Below are positions 1 through 12,280 of a stretch of 64,000 nt of DNA, piece after piece. Made by a program: the position numbers and the translations under genes. The notes below the pieces were generated by a model that saw only the letters and a list, made by a program, of their open reading frames with translations, did no database searches and had not been told where the DNA came from. Numbering within the stretch: position 1 is the stretch's first letter; each line of letters starts with the position of its first letter. The stretch is from Octopus sinensis. Taxonomy: Eukaryota. The stretch lies in the NCBI RefSeq assembly GCF_006345805.1, contig NC_042998.1, positions 64,976,001 to 65,040,000 on the forward strand. Direction: 5' to 3'.

Positions 1-1478
1 CCATGTATTTGTGCGTGTGCACGACTGAAGTATCTTGCATGCTTGTTTGCGCGCATGATTTTGCATGTTTATTATTTGTATAGGTTAGTGCGTGTTACAT
101 TTAAGAATGATGGCAAAATATGTGAAGTGAAAGTGTGGATTTGCGTATGCAATTTGTTTTGCGGCTGTTGAGTGTAGACGGACATGTTAACTCTTTTGAT
201 AAGAACCTGCCTCAAACTGCCCTTTGTTCTATGGCACAAAATTCTTGTTTTAATGTGATCCAAGTTAAATTCTACCCTCAATATTTCATGTCAATTTCTG
301 TTCCAAAAAACAGCTTAATGATAATGGTCATTTTACTAAATCTTTCAATAGTTTCAAAACACATTCAAACAAGAACACTGTATTTCAAATGGAATATGGT
401 AATAAAAGAGTTAAGGTGCGTATGTAAGTTTTCCATGGAATGCATGATATAGAGGTGTAATATATACATATTTATGGATCATTGGGTGGAAGTCTAGTGG
501 GAAGCTCATGAGAAAGTGTTGTGCTTTTGAAGAGAAAACAAAATGCAGTTTTCTAAGTTAAAGGTGTTTCATTTCTCGTCACCTTGTTGTACGTTACTAC
601 TTATCAAACGCTCCTGCTCCTCCAGACACGCGTATTATCAAAATATTCAATGATTTATAAATTAACATTTTTCTATAAACTTCCGTTAATGTGATTTTGT
701 ACGATTATTCTTTGATAAATCTCTACAGAACTAATGCTAATATATCAGGATGGATCTATACAGTTTTATATTTAAGATGGTTCTGTCTAAAATCAAGAAG
801 CAGCGAAAGAATCTTTGGAAGAATTGGAGAAGCAGAAGAAGGGCAAGAAGCGGTGGATACATATCACTAAAATGATACTAAGAGTGCGTTTGAAGGAGAT
901 GGAGGATTGGAAGCAAGCAAGAATAACACTGAAATGGAGCTTGAATGGTAAGGTAAAAGGTTGGAACCATAAAAGTTGTTACGTTAACAAGATGGAAGAT
1001 CTACTGAAGTAAATACGACAAGTCGATAAACCATACGGATTACATTCAGATGTCAGAGGGACAAAGATAAGAGTGTTTCTAAACTTACTGCTTCATGTAT
1101 ATCTGACTGTGATGTATTCAATGAAAATAAGTCAGTACATTTAATAACATTCAAGAAATGACGACAATATATTTATATCTTCAATAATTTTGTCAGTTCT
1201 CTTCCGGCTGCCAAATAAATTATATGTAAGTGCAAACTGATATATGAGAAATCATCGCCCAGTAAATTTTCGTACATTATTATCGGAAAATATTTGTACT
1301 TATTTTACTCTGTTTCACGTACACTTGTGGTTATTAGTAGATGACATTTTAACAGGGCGTGGGGCGTAATTTAAAAAAAAAGTCATATTACTGCAGTTGG
1401 ACGGCCGCTATACGCTATACTGGGACACTGTCTTGACGAACTTACTCGAATAGATACTCCAATATTTATTCTTTGAAA

Positions 1479-1515
<37 letters not shown>

Positions 1516-2447
1516 AATGAACGTCGGAAGATGGAATATACGACAGTTTATCATTAATCACGGCAATTTTTCTACACATCTAACACCGATTCCTCATGGC
1601 TAGAACACCACTGGTGGTGCAGATGTATCTCGTCGGGTAATACATAATAAATACAACTATTTTAATTAACTGTTCCGCAATGTAACATCCCCTTTTGTAG
1701 AAAGAAAAGCAGCCAGACGTTCGAAATATTTCCATTCATATAGAAGATCAAAAATAAAATCACAGATATCAAAAAGAGAAACGAACACGCAATACAACGG
1801 GAAAAAATATTTTAAATAACCGTTAACAAATATGGATGTTTAACCGCCCTCGGCTAAGCTGCATGTCATGAGTACAGGCGCTCATACCAACATCTACAAA
1901 AATGCGAGTATACGCACCATGAGTATTGGTGCTCTCATGATCACAAAAAGATAGCTACCTACTTGGTGTTTGTAAGAATGGGGAGATTAAAATAAACTTC
2001 AGTCATCCATACCTTTATGTAAATTAAATTATGTTAACGGTTACTCAAGATTTATTCCCACTGCATTGTGCGAAAGTACATTTATATGCGTGTAGGCATC
2101 TCGAAAATCATTCCGAAATTCTATGAATGATCTTCTCGCTAGCCCACGGAACAGAGACGGCATTTCCTGAAAATTATATTGTATGGTTTTGCGTACTTGA
2201 CTACGGGACAATTTATGTTTTATGTCAGTTGTCCTCATTCAGTCGCCCTACAAAATCTGCCAAAGATGTTGAATGTCACTTATTGATTGCCTTAAAGCTG
2301 TCAATATGGTTACAATAAAGATTCTTAATGAATCAGCCGTCAGCCCAACGTAAACAAACGGCTCTTTACATTCATCAAAGGCAATTTTGATTTTAATCTG
2401 CATGAGCATTTATCATATTTATTCGTATATAAGGCAATCCTACACAT

Positions 2448-2710
<263 letters not shown>

Positions 2711-2937
2711 GTTCGGACCTGTTTGCCTTACTAGTTCATAATAGAAAACAACCTGCATTTAACTGACGGATTCATAATAATATCTGACTTATCGCTTTTT
2801 ACAATACTTACCAGATGTCAGGATTCTAGACTCTTCAATAACAAGAAAGCTGGTGAATGTATATAATAGTGAAATTGAGGCTTTACTGGACAAAGAATCG
2901 ATACAATGAACACAGTGGTGATTATACGGCTGCTGTT

Positions 2938-2985
2938 GTTACTACTTCTATTCTTACTACTACTACTATACTACCACTACTACTA

Positions 2986-3052
<67 letters not shown>

Positions 3053-3160
3053 TCTGCTACTGCTGTTTCTGTTGCTTCTTCTACTGCTACTACAACTAGA
3101 AATAATGAATGTAGTAGTAATAGTAGTAGTAGTAGCAGCAATATCAGCATCAGTAGTAGT
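2938..3160. repeat. Compound trinucleotide repeat (ACT)n-(GCT)n ... (AGT)n
   Basis: Seen directly; gives poly-Y/T/L/V/S ORFs. Confidence 0.95.
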
Positions 3161-3218
3161 AGTCCCGGATGCAGTACCAATGCTCTGATGGATAAATTAC
3201 CTTTGGAAACATGAGTGC

Positions 3219-3610
3219 TTTACTCTTTACTCTTTATTTATTTCAGTCATTTGACTGCGTCCATGCTGGAGCACCGCCTGTAGTCGAGCAAATCGACCCC
3301 AGAATTTATTCTTTGTAAGCCTAGTACTTGTTTTATTGGGATTTTTTGCCGAACAGCTAAGTTACGGGGACGTAAACAAACCAGCATCGGTTGTCAAGCG
3401 ATGTTGGGGGACGAACACAGACACACAAACACACACACACATATATACGACGGGCTTCTTTTAGTTTCCGTCTACCAAATCCATTCACAAAGCTTTGGTC
3501 GGCCCGAAGCTATAGTAGAAGACACTTGCCCAGGCTGCCACGGAGTGGGAATGAACCCGGAAGCATGTGGTTGTTAAGCAAGCTACTTACCACACAGCCA
3601 CTCCTGCGCT
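3219..3610 (-). mobile_element. Full-length tRNA-derived SINE (main family in this window) with internal (CA)n(TA)n tract and (AAGAGTA)n-type tail
   Basis: Minus strand starts GCGCAGGAGTGGCTGTGTGG (A-box-like) ... GGTTCATTCCC (B-box-like). Homologous copies at 12065, 15420, 16547, 20168, 27380 and 52445. Resembles the octopus OK/OR SINEs as I recall them; exact family not assigned. Confidence 0.88.
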
Positions 3611-3889
3611 TATTTTGTTTTGTTCAACATCCTTAAACAACCCTTTTGGTGCTGGATGGGCTACTCGATCTAAAGAATGTTCTAACTGGCTCCCACCTGA
3701 ACGGTAATGCGTTGTTTATCTTGATATGAAATCATCATGTCGCGCACATATGGTTGTGACGCAAGTGCCTGGTGTAACCTTATTCGAAGGGGAGTCATGA
3801 TGGGTATATGTGGTTATGTACATTTTAACCCAGGGTTACTGTGATGGTGTGCACTGGCCTCTCACTCAATGCTACTCCCCCTCCTCATC

Positions 3890-3947
<58 letters not shown>

Positions 3948-3948
3948 A

Positions 3949-3985
<37 letters not shown>

Positions 3986-4002
3986 ATAATAATAATGATA
4001 AT
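3890..4002. repeat. (CTA)n then (AAT)n microsatellite at the 5' junction of an R4/Dong relic
   Basis: Seen directly. Confidence 0.95.
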
Positions 4003-5188
4003 ACGGAAAAGGTAACTTAGCGATGTCATGGATCGACTATCGTAAGGCGTACGATATGATCCCTCATTCTTGGATTATGGAGAGTATGAACCTCTTTGGT
4101 ATTGCATCGAATGTTGAGCGATTGCTTGGAAAAAGTATGGCGAATTGGAGGACGGAACTGACAGCATACGGAAGTTTAAGAACAGTAGAAATTAGGAGGA
4201 GTACCTTCCAAGTGGACTGCCTGTCCCCACTGATATTTGTACTGTGCTTCATACCACTAACACTCAGAAACTAGTCTCTGGATGTAGGCTTAGCTGGATG
4301 GGGGTGCTTGTCTCCCCCTTGTAAACATAAGGACACAGGAAATGTGTCAAGGCCGACAGGAAGCGTTGATGCTTCCTAGGGCTAAATAGCGTTGGTGTGA
4401 TTCCCTTTACGGGACTGTCACGTTAAGTTGCCAGTATACAACTGTCCTATCGTACCACCACTGCTTATATCTCTCTGAAATATTTAGAAATTCAATATTT
4501 CTATTTTTTGTGATCAGTGGATTTATTTCACTGGAATTATTATATATGTTTACAAGGTCTAGACAGGCATCTGCAGTTAGTAAGCCATGCTACTCCAGAC
4601 AGATGGCGATCAAGAATCGGAGACTCAGAAACTAGTCTCTGGATGCAGGCTTAGCTGGATGGGGGTGCTTGTTTCTCCTTGTAAACATATGGACACAGGA
4701 AATGTGTCAAGGCCGACAGGAAGCGTTGATGCTTCCTGCAGCTAAATAGCGGTAGTGGGATTCCCTTTATGGGACTGTCACGTTACGTTGGTAGTATACA
4801 ACTGCTCTAATTAAATATAAGAACCTGGAAATTGAAATACAAAAGACGTGGCATCCCGAAACGAGACCTGTTCCTATTATTGTAGGTGCTCAAGGTAAGA
4901 TAAAAGAAAAGATACCAGAAACATTTAGATAAAACCCCCAGGAAAACCATGGCTCTGATTAATACAAAATATTTTACTGACACGTACTGCCCACACCCTT
5001 AAAAACCCATATGAATTTAAATGTCTGTGTTGTATCCCCTACACACGCATTCAGTCAGACTGTAACATCCCTTATCCTACATTCGCCCCAGGACACTGGG
5101 AGTGCTCCGACAAGTGACTGTAACAAACATGCAAATTAAATGTATAATAATATTAATAATAATAAGAAGAAGAAGAAGAAGAAGAAGA
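4003..5188 (+). mobile_element. R4/Dong-clade non-LTR retrotransposon relic, 5'-truncated and internally replaced
   Basis: RT motifs NLAMSWIDYRKAYDMIPHSWI...FQVDCLSPLIFVLC at 4012-4262. C-terminal restriction-like endonuclease segment IKYKNLEIEIQKTWHPETRPVPIIVGAQG from about 4810. 3' UTR ends in an (AAT)n(AAG)n tail at about 5145-5188. Confidence 0.85.
4262..4804. repeat. Two ~183-bp direct repeats (4262-4444, 4623-4804) with a 178-bp spacer
   Basis: Both begin ACTCAGAAACTAGTCTCTGGATG and end AGTATACAACTG; about 90% identical by eye; period 361 bp. Confidence 0.93.
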
Positions 5189-6309
5189 TGCCTATTTCAC
5201 GGTGATAATCTGTCGCAAACGCTGTTGGTGATTTGTATGAGACCCCATACCTTGATATTTCTGAAAGCTCCTGTCCACATATTTATATGTACGATGTAAG
5301 TTTGTACGCGTGTGCTCGTGTAGATGTGTTTGCGTATGTTTATGCAAATCTAAGCATAAAATTTAGTATTATACTTGTATGAAACATCAATAAAACATTT
5401 ACCTGTGAGTCTTTTCCATTCCCCACTTCTTCATAAATTCTGGTTTATTCCAGTTATTTTGTTTTAGTTTATTCCTCTTTCAAAGTCTGAGAAACGAAAT
5501 GAAAACAATTCAAAGTTTCTCCTACGATTTCAGGTATAGCCTTGGTATCATTAAATTATTGTATTGCTCTTGTTTATTTTGTGCTTAATCACATAAATAG
5601 ACAGACAGTCAATGCCAGTCTGGCGTCGACCATCTCGTATTTTATTCCATTACAATACATTTCAGCCAGCACTAGCTAATGCGTCGTCGATATTTGGAAG
5701 CTGATAGACTGTGATATGATTTGAGAGGATTTTCGGCGTTAATGTTTCCACTTTGAGTGAACACGTAACGACATCCATGTCAACGCTTCTTGTATCGCTA
5801 ATAAATTTGATAAATATTTGCAACTCATAAAAAAATGTGGTTAGAGAAAAATAAATCACTGCAATTGAAGGATTGTAGAATCATCCGTTTATATTATATT
5901 ATTCATCATTCCGCTTGGAATAAATTAAATCATGCATAGCGAAATCACCATTAGAGAATGCAGTATCGCATCACTTTGATTCCTTTATGTTTCTCATTAG
6001 AGAAATAAAGCAAAAGCAAATTAAACTAATACATGCATGTAAAAAAAAAGCGAAAACAAAATATAATATCATTCACCGATTTCCATTAATGCCTCGTACA
6101 TGCTGATATGTGTTACGAAGCATTTCATCTATTAACAGGCAATTTGCTCACAACTGCATTTAGTTCTCCCGCCTCATCACATAACATCACAAAATCAGTT
6201 TGCGTAAAGGTACGTAACCAATAGAGTTTTCGAACAGATGTTTATCTATAAAATCATATTGAAAGGATGATTGCTGATCATTAGAATAATTATCACATAC
6301 CTAATCATG

Positions 6310-6575
6310 CATATAAGCATACATACTTGCAGTCATCAACACACATATATCAGCAAATATATGTATGTATGCATGTATATATATATATATATATATATAT
6401 GCATGTCTATGCATATACATATATACATATATACGTATATACATATATACATACATATATATATATATATACCCATGCCGGTGAAGATAATATAATAATA
6501 AAAGGTAATCCGTAAGACGCACATACATATAACTACCTAAACAAACAGGCATATACACATACATGTGTGTGTGTG
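6310..6575. repeat. Compound (AT)/(ATAC)/(GT) microsatellite
   Basis: Seen directly. Confidence 0.9.
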
Positions 6576-8602
6576 TCCTCGACCAGATCACGAAACGAGA
6601 GGCATTTACGTAAACAAGAAAGAAAACATATCTTGTTTATATTTGCGACATGATCGTATTAATGCGACTCGTTATAGCGAAGTTTACCTACCAGTGTACA
6701 TAAAAAATAAATTATGAGTCAGAAGAACACTTTACAGGGCCAAATATAATTGTTTCAAAATGTAATTCAACATGTCTCAACCAACAAAATGATGCACAAA
6801 ACGAAGCAGAATATTTGAATGCAAAAGCAATCCATTTTGCTTAAAATTATTAATTGTATTCCTCATTGTTACAATACGCACAATAATGTTTACTCTGAAA
6901 CCGCAATGATTCAACAGCGTCAATTTTTTTCTTGTAGAATTTCTAAATATTATACATTATTTGATAAGATTCTATACCCATTCTTTTACCCTTTCTTGTT
7001 ATGGATCCTATATGAGCCGGGCATGCCACGTCGATTAAAAAGCTTTTTTTTTCTTCTATCAAGTACAGCAATATCCGGCTTATTGTTTTCCCATAACCTG
7101 ATGTCTGCACAGAGAATGACTTCTTTCATTACAATTAAATTGATTTATGCAAATTGCTTCTCTTGGAAAAGCCTCAGTGCATTGTTGCAGCAATTTTATC
7201 AAGCTCGCAATCTCGTATTCTTTCGTAGCTAACTGTCGCCTTTGTGATACAATGCAAACGATCGTTTCATCTCAAGCATATCACATTATTCTGTATGTGA
7301 TTGAACAGTACAACATTCTCCTGAGCCAATTTAGGCTTATAGTGTCTCCCTGTGCAATGTAAATCATACCGCTCGCATTCTCAATAGAGATTTCTTTCAG
7401 CACATGCAGTTGCTCTCTACATCAATTATCTCTTTTGTCTGTCCCTTGCCCACAATTGTGAACGAAACTTCTTTCCTAAATGGTATTATTCACACGTATC
7501 CACATTTTCCCAATTTTCACTTCCAGCGCTTTATAAACCTTGTATAAATTAATTTAGTATCTGGTGAAGGAGAGTATCTTTTCTCTCTGACAAATCTACT
7601 TGCCGTTTCCTGTAAATAACCTCTGGCAATTCTATGCCATATGACGTTATCCAGGCAAAAAGAAAATACGTATGTATCTCTTTTTCTAGGGCGATGATAG
7701 TAGACAAAGTCTACTGCTAACTTGAAGATGTACAAAAACAAATTGAGGGAAACTCACAAATTCAAATTGATTTATATAATTATCACCGTGCATTTGTTCC
7801 ACAGGCCAGGCGTCAAGGAATTACAATTGCAAAAGTGAGGCAGATCAGAAATTATACAGTTTTGTAACTTGTCGTCAATTCTGTATCGAAGAAGTGCCGA
7901 ATGGTCAAATCAGATCTAAGAAATATAGTGCGGATTTACAACTTACAAGACGGCAAATGAATTTTCAGTTCGAAATAACAACTCCTCACGGGATTCCACA
8001 GAATTTCAGTAACATCTCTGACTGCTTCCCCAATGAAAAGGGCATAATTAACGAATGGCTATATTATAGCTATGTGTGTGTGTTTGTGTGTGTTTGTTCC
8101 CCACACCATTTGACAACTAGTGTCGGTATGGTTAGGTCCCTGTAAGCCAGAAATTCGGCAAATGCGACCAGTAGAATATCAAAGGACAATTTGTTCGAAT
8201 AAAACGCTACAAGGTGGTATTCCAGTATTAGCACAGCCATCTCACTGAAACAAATACTATATATACATACATTTCCATTTACTGAACGATTTTTTACAAT
8301 ATCAATAAAATACTGTATCAATTTTGTTTTTCATTCTGAAAACATCTTTCAATTAACATGGCGCTCATTCTTCTGCTGCATCCACGACCTATATTCCTCA
8401 TCGCTGACTTATATTACTTTTGCCTTAAATAATATTTGTGCTTTGTTTACAGAGGACATCATATACAATGGTATCATTTGTAGTAAATATAGGAAAAGCA
8501 CATAAATAAGAATTTTAATGGATTCACAACCGAGATATTTTAACAATGATCGTTTAATGATCAACGGTTTACCAATTTTCTCATATTCCATTAACAAGAA
8601 TG

Positions 8603-8830
<228 letters not shown>

Positions 8831-9137
8831 ATTGATAGATTGATAGACAGGCAGATGCATCGACAGATAGAAAGAGAGAGGAGGAGGAGGAGAAGAAAGA
8901 TACACTTTAAAATCGAAAACGAAATATATAAATATATAAATAATTCTAAACTTGACTATAATTGATAGAAGTTGTGCAGAGGAAGTTATTAATGGATAGC
9001 CTAGTGAAACTGAGAAAAGAAAAGGAAATTATTACTGTATATTTTTTAAAATTGAATTAGAAAATACATGCTATGCGCATGTATGCATGTATGTATGTAT
9101 GTTTGTATGTATGTATACATATATGGATATATACATG

Positions 9138-9183
<46 letters not shown>

Positions 9184-9634
9184 CATATATGTATATACGC
9201 AAAACACACACGCCAGTATAGAGAAACATACTCATGCAAACATATAATTATACTAAAGTTGCCTGTTGCGATTATAGACAATTTATGTGTTGATCTTGTT
9301 TTTAGACCGTCTCTGTATATAAATATATGCTTCGATGATTTGCTGTAAATGATGTCCCACAAAAATTGCGACCCGTGTGAGGATTGAAAACTTGTAATCG
9401 CAAGGATATGAAAAATTGAAATAGAAGTCTATTCTTTATTTTCGTTTATGCAAGAGACTGTATCTGCTGAAAAAACTATGATTGATACACCATATGATCT
9501 AATTTTCCCCCGGGAGCTTCATGCTGATATTGATATTTTCTGACATATAATTAATGTTCAGTATATATGTATTTTTGACTGTTTTCTCCTTTGCATATTC
9601 AATACATTTGGTAAATAAAACCGCAAAAGCCTTG

Positions 9635-9707
<73 letters not shown>

Positions 9708-9768
9708 CATGATAGATTGCTAGCCACTACACATTCTTTAGTTTCTTTCCTTGTTTCTTTCTGTGTTC

Positions 9769-9804
9769 CTTACCGTGGAAGAGCGTTGGCTCCAAACGTT
9801 AAAG
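9769..9804 (+). ncRNA. Decayed minimal hammerhead-ribozyme-like motif (probably inactive)
   Basis: CUUA-CCGUGGA-A-GAGC-GUUG-GCUC-CAAA-CG-UU-AAAG. Stem II GAGC/GCUC intact, stem I 3 of 4 pairs; core positions U4, A6 and G12 substituted. Same architecture as 10463-10497. Confidence 0.45.
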
Positions 9805-10462
9805 ACTTTTCCCCTTCCCGAGCGTTATACTAATACAACTGTTTATTATCTACACCACATGTCTTTGTAATATGTTCTATTTTTATGAATTCTCTCTCTA
9901 AATATATATGTACACACACACACATAATGTGTGTATATACATACATACACGCACACACGCACACACACACACACACATATATATTCCGGTCTTCCGACCA
10001 GGTGGTCAGTATTGTTGAATGTGTTTTAGTTAAAGTTACACCTTTAATTAACAATGACCAGAGTCGCTCTCTTCGATCGTCCCCATTGATAACAGCTAAA
10101 GAGCTAGAAACATATTTGGGAATCCGACAGAGGCCAGCATTGGACAAATATCTTTTTACACATACATTTCACCATAGAAGATAACTTATTCTCCACGGGA
10201 ACTAGAATGAATTTGCCTTTAGTGGTAGAAATATGTCGCAAACTTATTTTAACTAACCTAAATTTCGCCTATGCCTCAACTTTGCTTAGTGCTGGTACTT
10301 CTGAATGTCTTCCGACCTGGCAGTCTAATGACGCAACGCAGTCAATGTTGTCGACTGCATTGCAGACATAGCGACATCTTTAATATCCTTCAAATGTAAA
10401 TAATATATATATATATATACTTTTCCTCTGTCTTCCCTTCTCTAGATCTTTCCTTCTCCTAT

Positions 10463-10497
10463 GTTTCCGACGAAGAGCTCCGCTCGAAATGTTAGAC
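10463..10497 (+). ncRNA. Minimal type-I hammerhead-ribozyme-like motif, two core substitutions
   Basis: GUUU-CCGACGA-A-GAGC-UCC-GCUC-GAAA-UG-UU-AGAC. Stem I GUUU/AGAC (one G-U pair), stem II GAGC/GCUC; differs from CUGANGA...GAAAC-GUH at U4>C and C15.2>U. Confidence 0.6.
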
Positions 10498-10571
10498 CCT
10501 CCTTCTTCCCTTCTTTCCTGAGCGTTGTTGTGTTTTTTTTTGTGTTTACTTGTTTGGATTAACATTATATA

Positions 10572-10640
<69 letters not shown>

Positions 10641-10645
<5 letters not shown>

Positions 10646-11050
10646 AAATAGTGTACTTTTAAACAACAAAGAGAAATTACCTATAAGAGGCAATTTCTAC
10701 ATGCTAGGAGACAATTTCAAAGGGAATGAAAAAAATAAAAACTTTTACCTTGTTTTTACGGTTTACCTATAAGTTTCGGAGTCTTTAAAAAATAAAATCA
10801 TTTACTAGGTACATCCATATCAGTAACCGAGCCATCCGTTATTTACAAATTACACTACAATTGGCCTAGCATGAATAAAAAGTCAATAGACGATATATTA
10901 TTCAATATAAAATAGTGTACATTTAAACACAAAGAGAAATTATCTATAACAGGCAATTTCTGCACGCTGGAAGACAGTGAAAGCGACCGAAAACCACAAA
11001 ATTTAAGCAATTTCAATGGGAATGAAAAAATGTTTACCTCGTCTTTTTAA
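10641..11050. repeat. Local direct duplication (10641-10759 and 10905-11050)
   Basis: ATATAAAATAGTGTAC...CAAAGAGAAATTA...GGCAATTTCT...GGGAATGAAAAAA in both; the second copy has about 33 extra bases. Confidence 0.85.
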
Positions 11051-11269
11051 CCTTGCTTTTCTTTTCTGCTTTTGGCCTTGTCTTTTACTAACCTATATAG
11101 ATATCTAAGTATCGATATTAGTATTTCAAAGTTCGACACGGGTAGTCCGTACGAATATACACAATGAAAGCCCTGCGGCTCTGAGATAGCATCAGGTCTA
11201 GACATGTTACAGTAACGCAATAGAAAATGATGTCCTATTGAACTGGAATGGAAACAGGAGAGATGGAAA

Positions 11270-11715
11270 GACAGAAAGGAAGATAAAAGAAAAGATGGAA
11301 AAAATCGAGCCAAGTGTTGTAGGTAAAAAAAGAAAGTGACAGTCTGAACACGTCAGAAATGACGCGAAGAAAGTGAGCTGAAAGGAGAAAAAGGATGGTC
11401 ATATAATTCCGCGAGGAGAAGTGAGAGAGAGAGAGAAAACAGATGTTGAAATTCAGAGAAAGCGGTCCAAGTAGAGATAAAAGTAAAATGAGAAAGGGGG
11501 TGGGGGTAAATAGAAAGAAAGAAAACCAGGAAGGGAAATAAGAGAAAGTAGAGGGAAAGGACATGACAGAAGTTGGGGTGGACAGAGAAACAGAGCAGTG
11601 AAAGCAGTAGACCGAAAAAGCAGGAGAGGTATAATGTAGGGAAAGAAGAAAGATAAACAGAAAGGGAAAAGAGAAAGTGTGAGAGACGAAGGTGGAGGAA
11701 AGGGAAGGGTTGGGT
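11270..11715. repeat. Purine-rich (GA-rich) low-complexity tract
   Basis: Strong A/G bias on +; explains the F/S/L-rich 188-aa minus ORF. Confidence 0.8.
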
Positions 11716-12064
11716 TTGTAGTATGTGTCTAAGAAATTAACTTTCTTCTGTGTATAAAAGAGATGTATATTTGAAGCATACCTTGTAGATATGATTTTCA
11801 AATTTAAGATCTGGGAAGGGAAAACGCCCTCTGCGTCTTTCGACTAATACCAACAGTTTGTGGAATATGTAACTTGTAATTAACTCGCTGCTGAAAAGGA
11901 CTCGAATTATTATGCATACTGTAAATAAATATATAATTATACCCGCAGGTATCGATGAAAAATTTAATTGATATATTCGCAATAGTTTTCAAATAGTTTT
12001 CCTTCAATACACTCTTTACCTTTCGTATATCTACATCTATAGCGTCTCTTATTTTTAATTATTT

Positions 12065-12280
12065 AATTGTTTCAGCCCTGCTTGAAAAATATTTTGCCGA
12101 ATTAATTGAATCCATATTTATTCTATCGGTTTCATTTGACAAAAGGCTAGGCTACGAGGACTTAAACACTTTAACACCGGTTGTTACGTGATGGTGGGGG
12201 TCAAACAAAACTAGAAAGACACACACACATATAAAACATGAGCTCCTTTCAATTTCCGTCTAGAAAATCCACTCACACCT
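12065..12280 (-). mobile_element. Degenerate fragment of the main tRNA-SINE family
   Basis: TATTCTATCGGTTTC..., ACACCGGTTGT...GATGGTGGGGG, TTTCCGTCTA...AATCCACTCAC align to 3219-3610. Confidence 0.7.

Noticed and set aside
1555-1610. Minus CCAUGAGG...GAAAAAUUGCC, reminiscent of a PLE hammerhead
   Set aside because: Core, stem I and stem II are all defective.
3520-3610. tRNA genes at SINE heads (here and at 20168, 30130-30199, 59814)
   Set aside because: A/B boxes only; no complete cloverleaf, and each continues into a SINE body.
6819-7741. 137-aa and neighbouring ORFs; faint SWIM/transposase-like wording on minus
   Set aside because: No complete motif; could not be supported without a search.
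11235-11801. 188-aa minus ORF
   Set aside because: Product of a polypyrimidine low-complexity strand; no domain motif.
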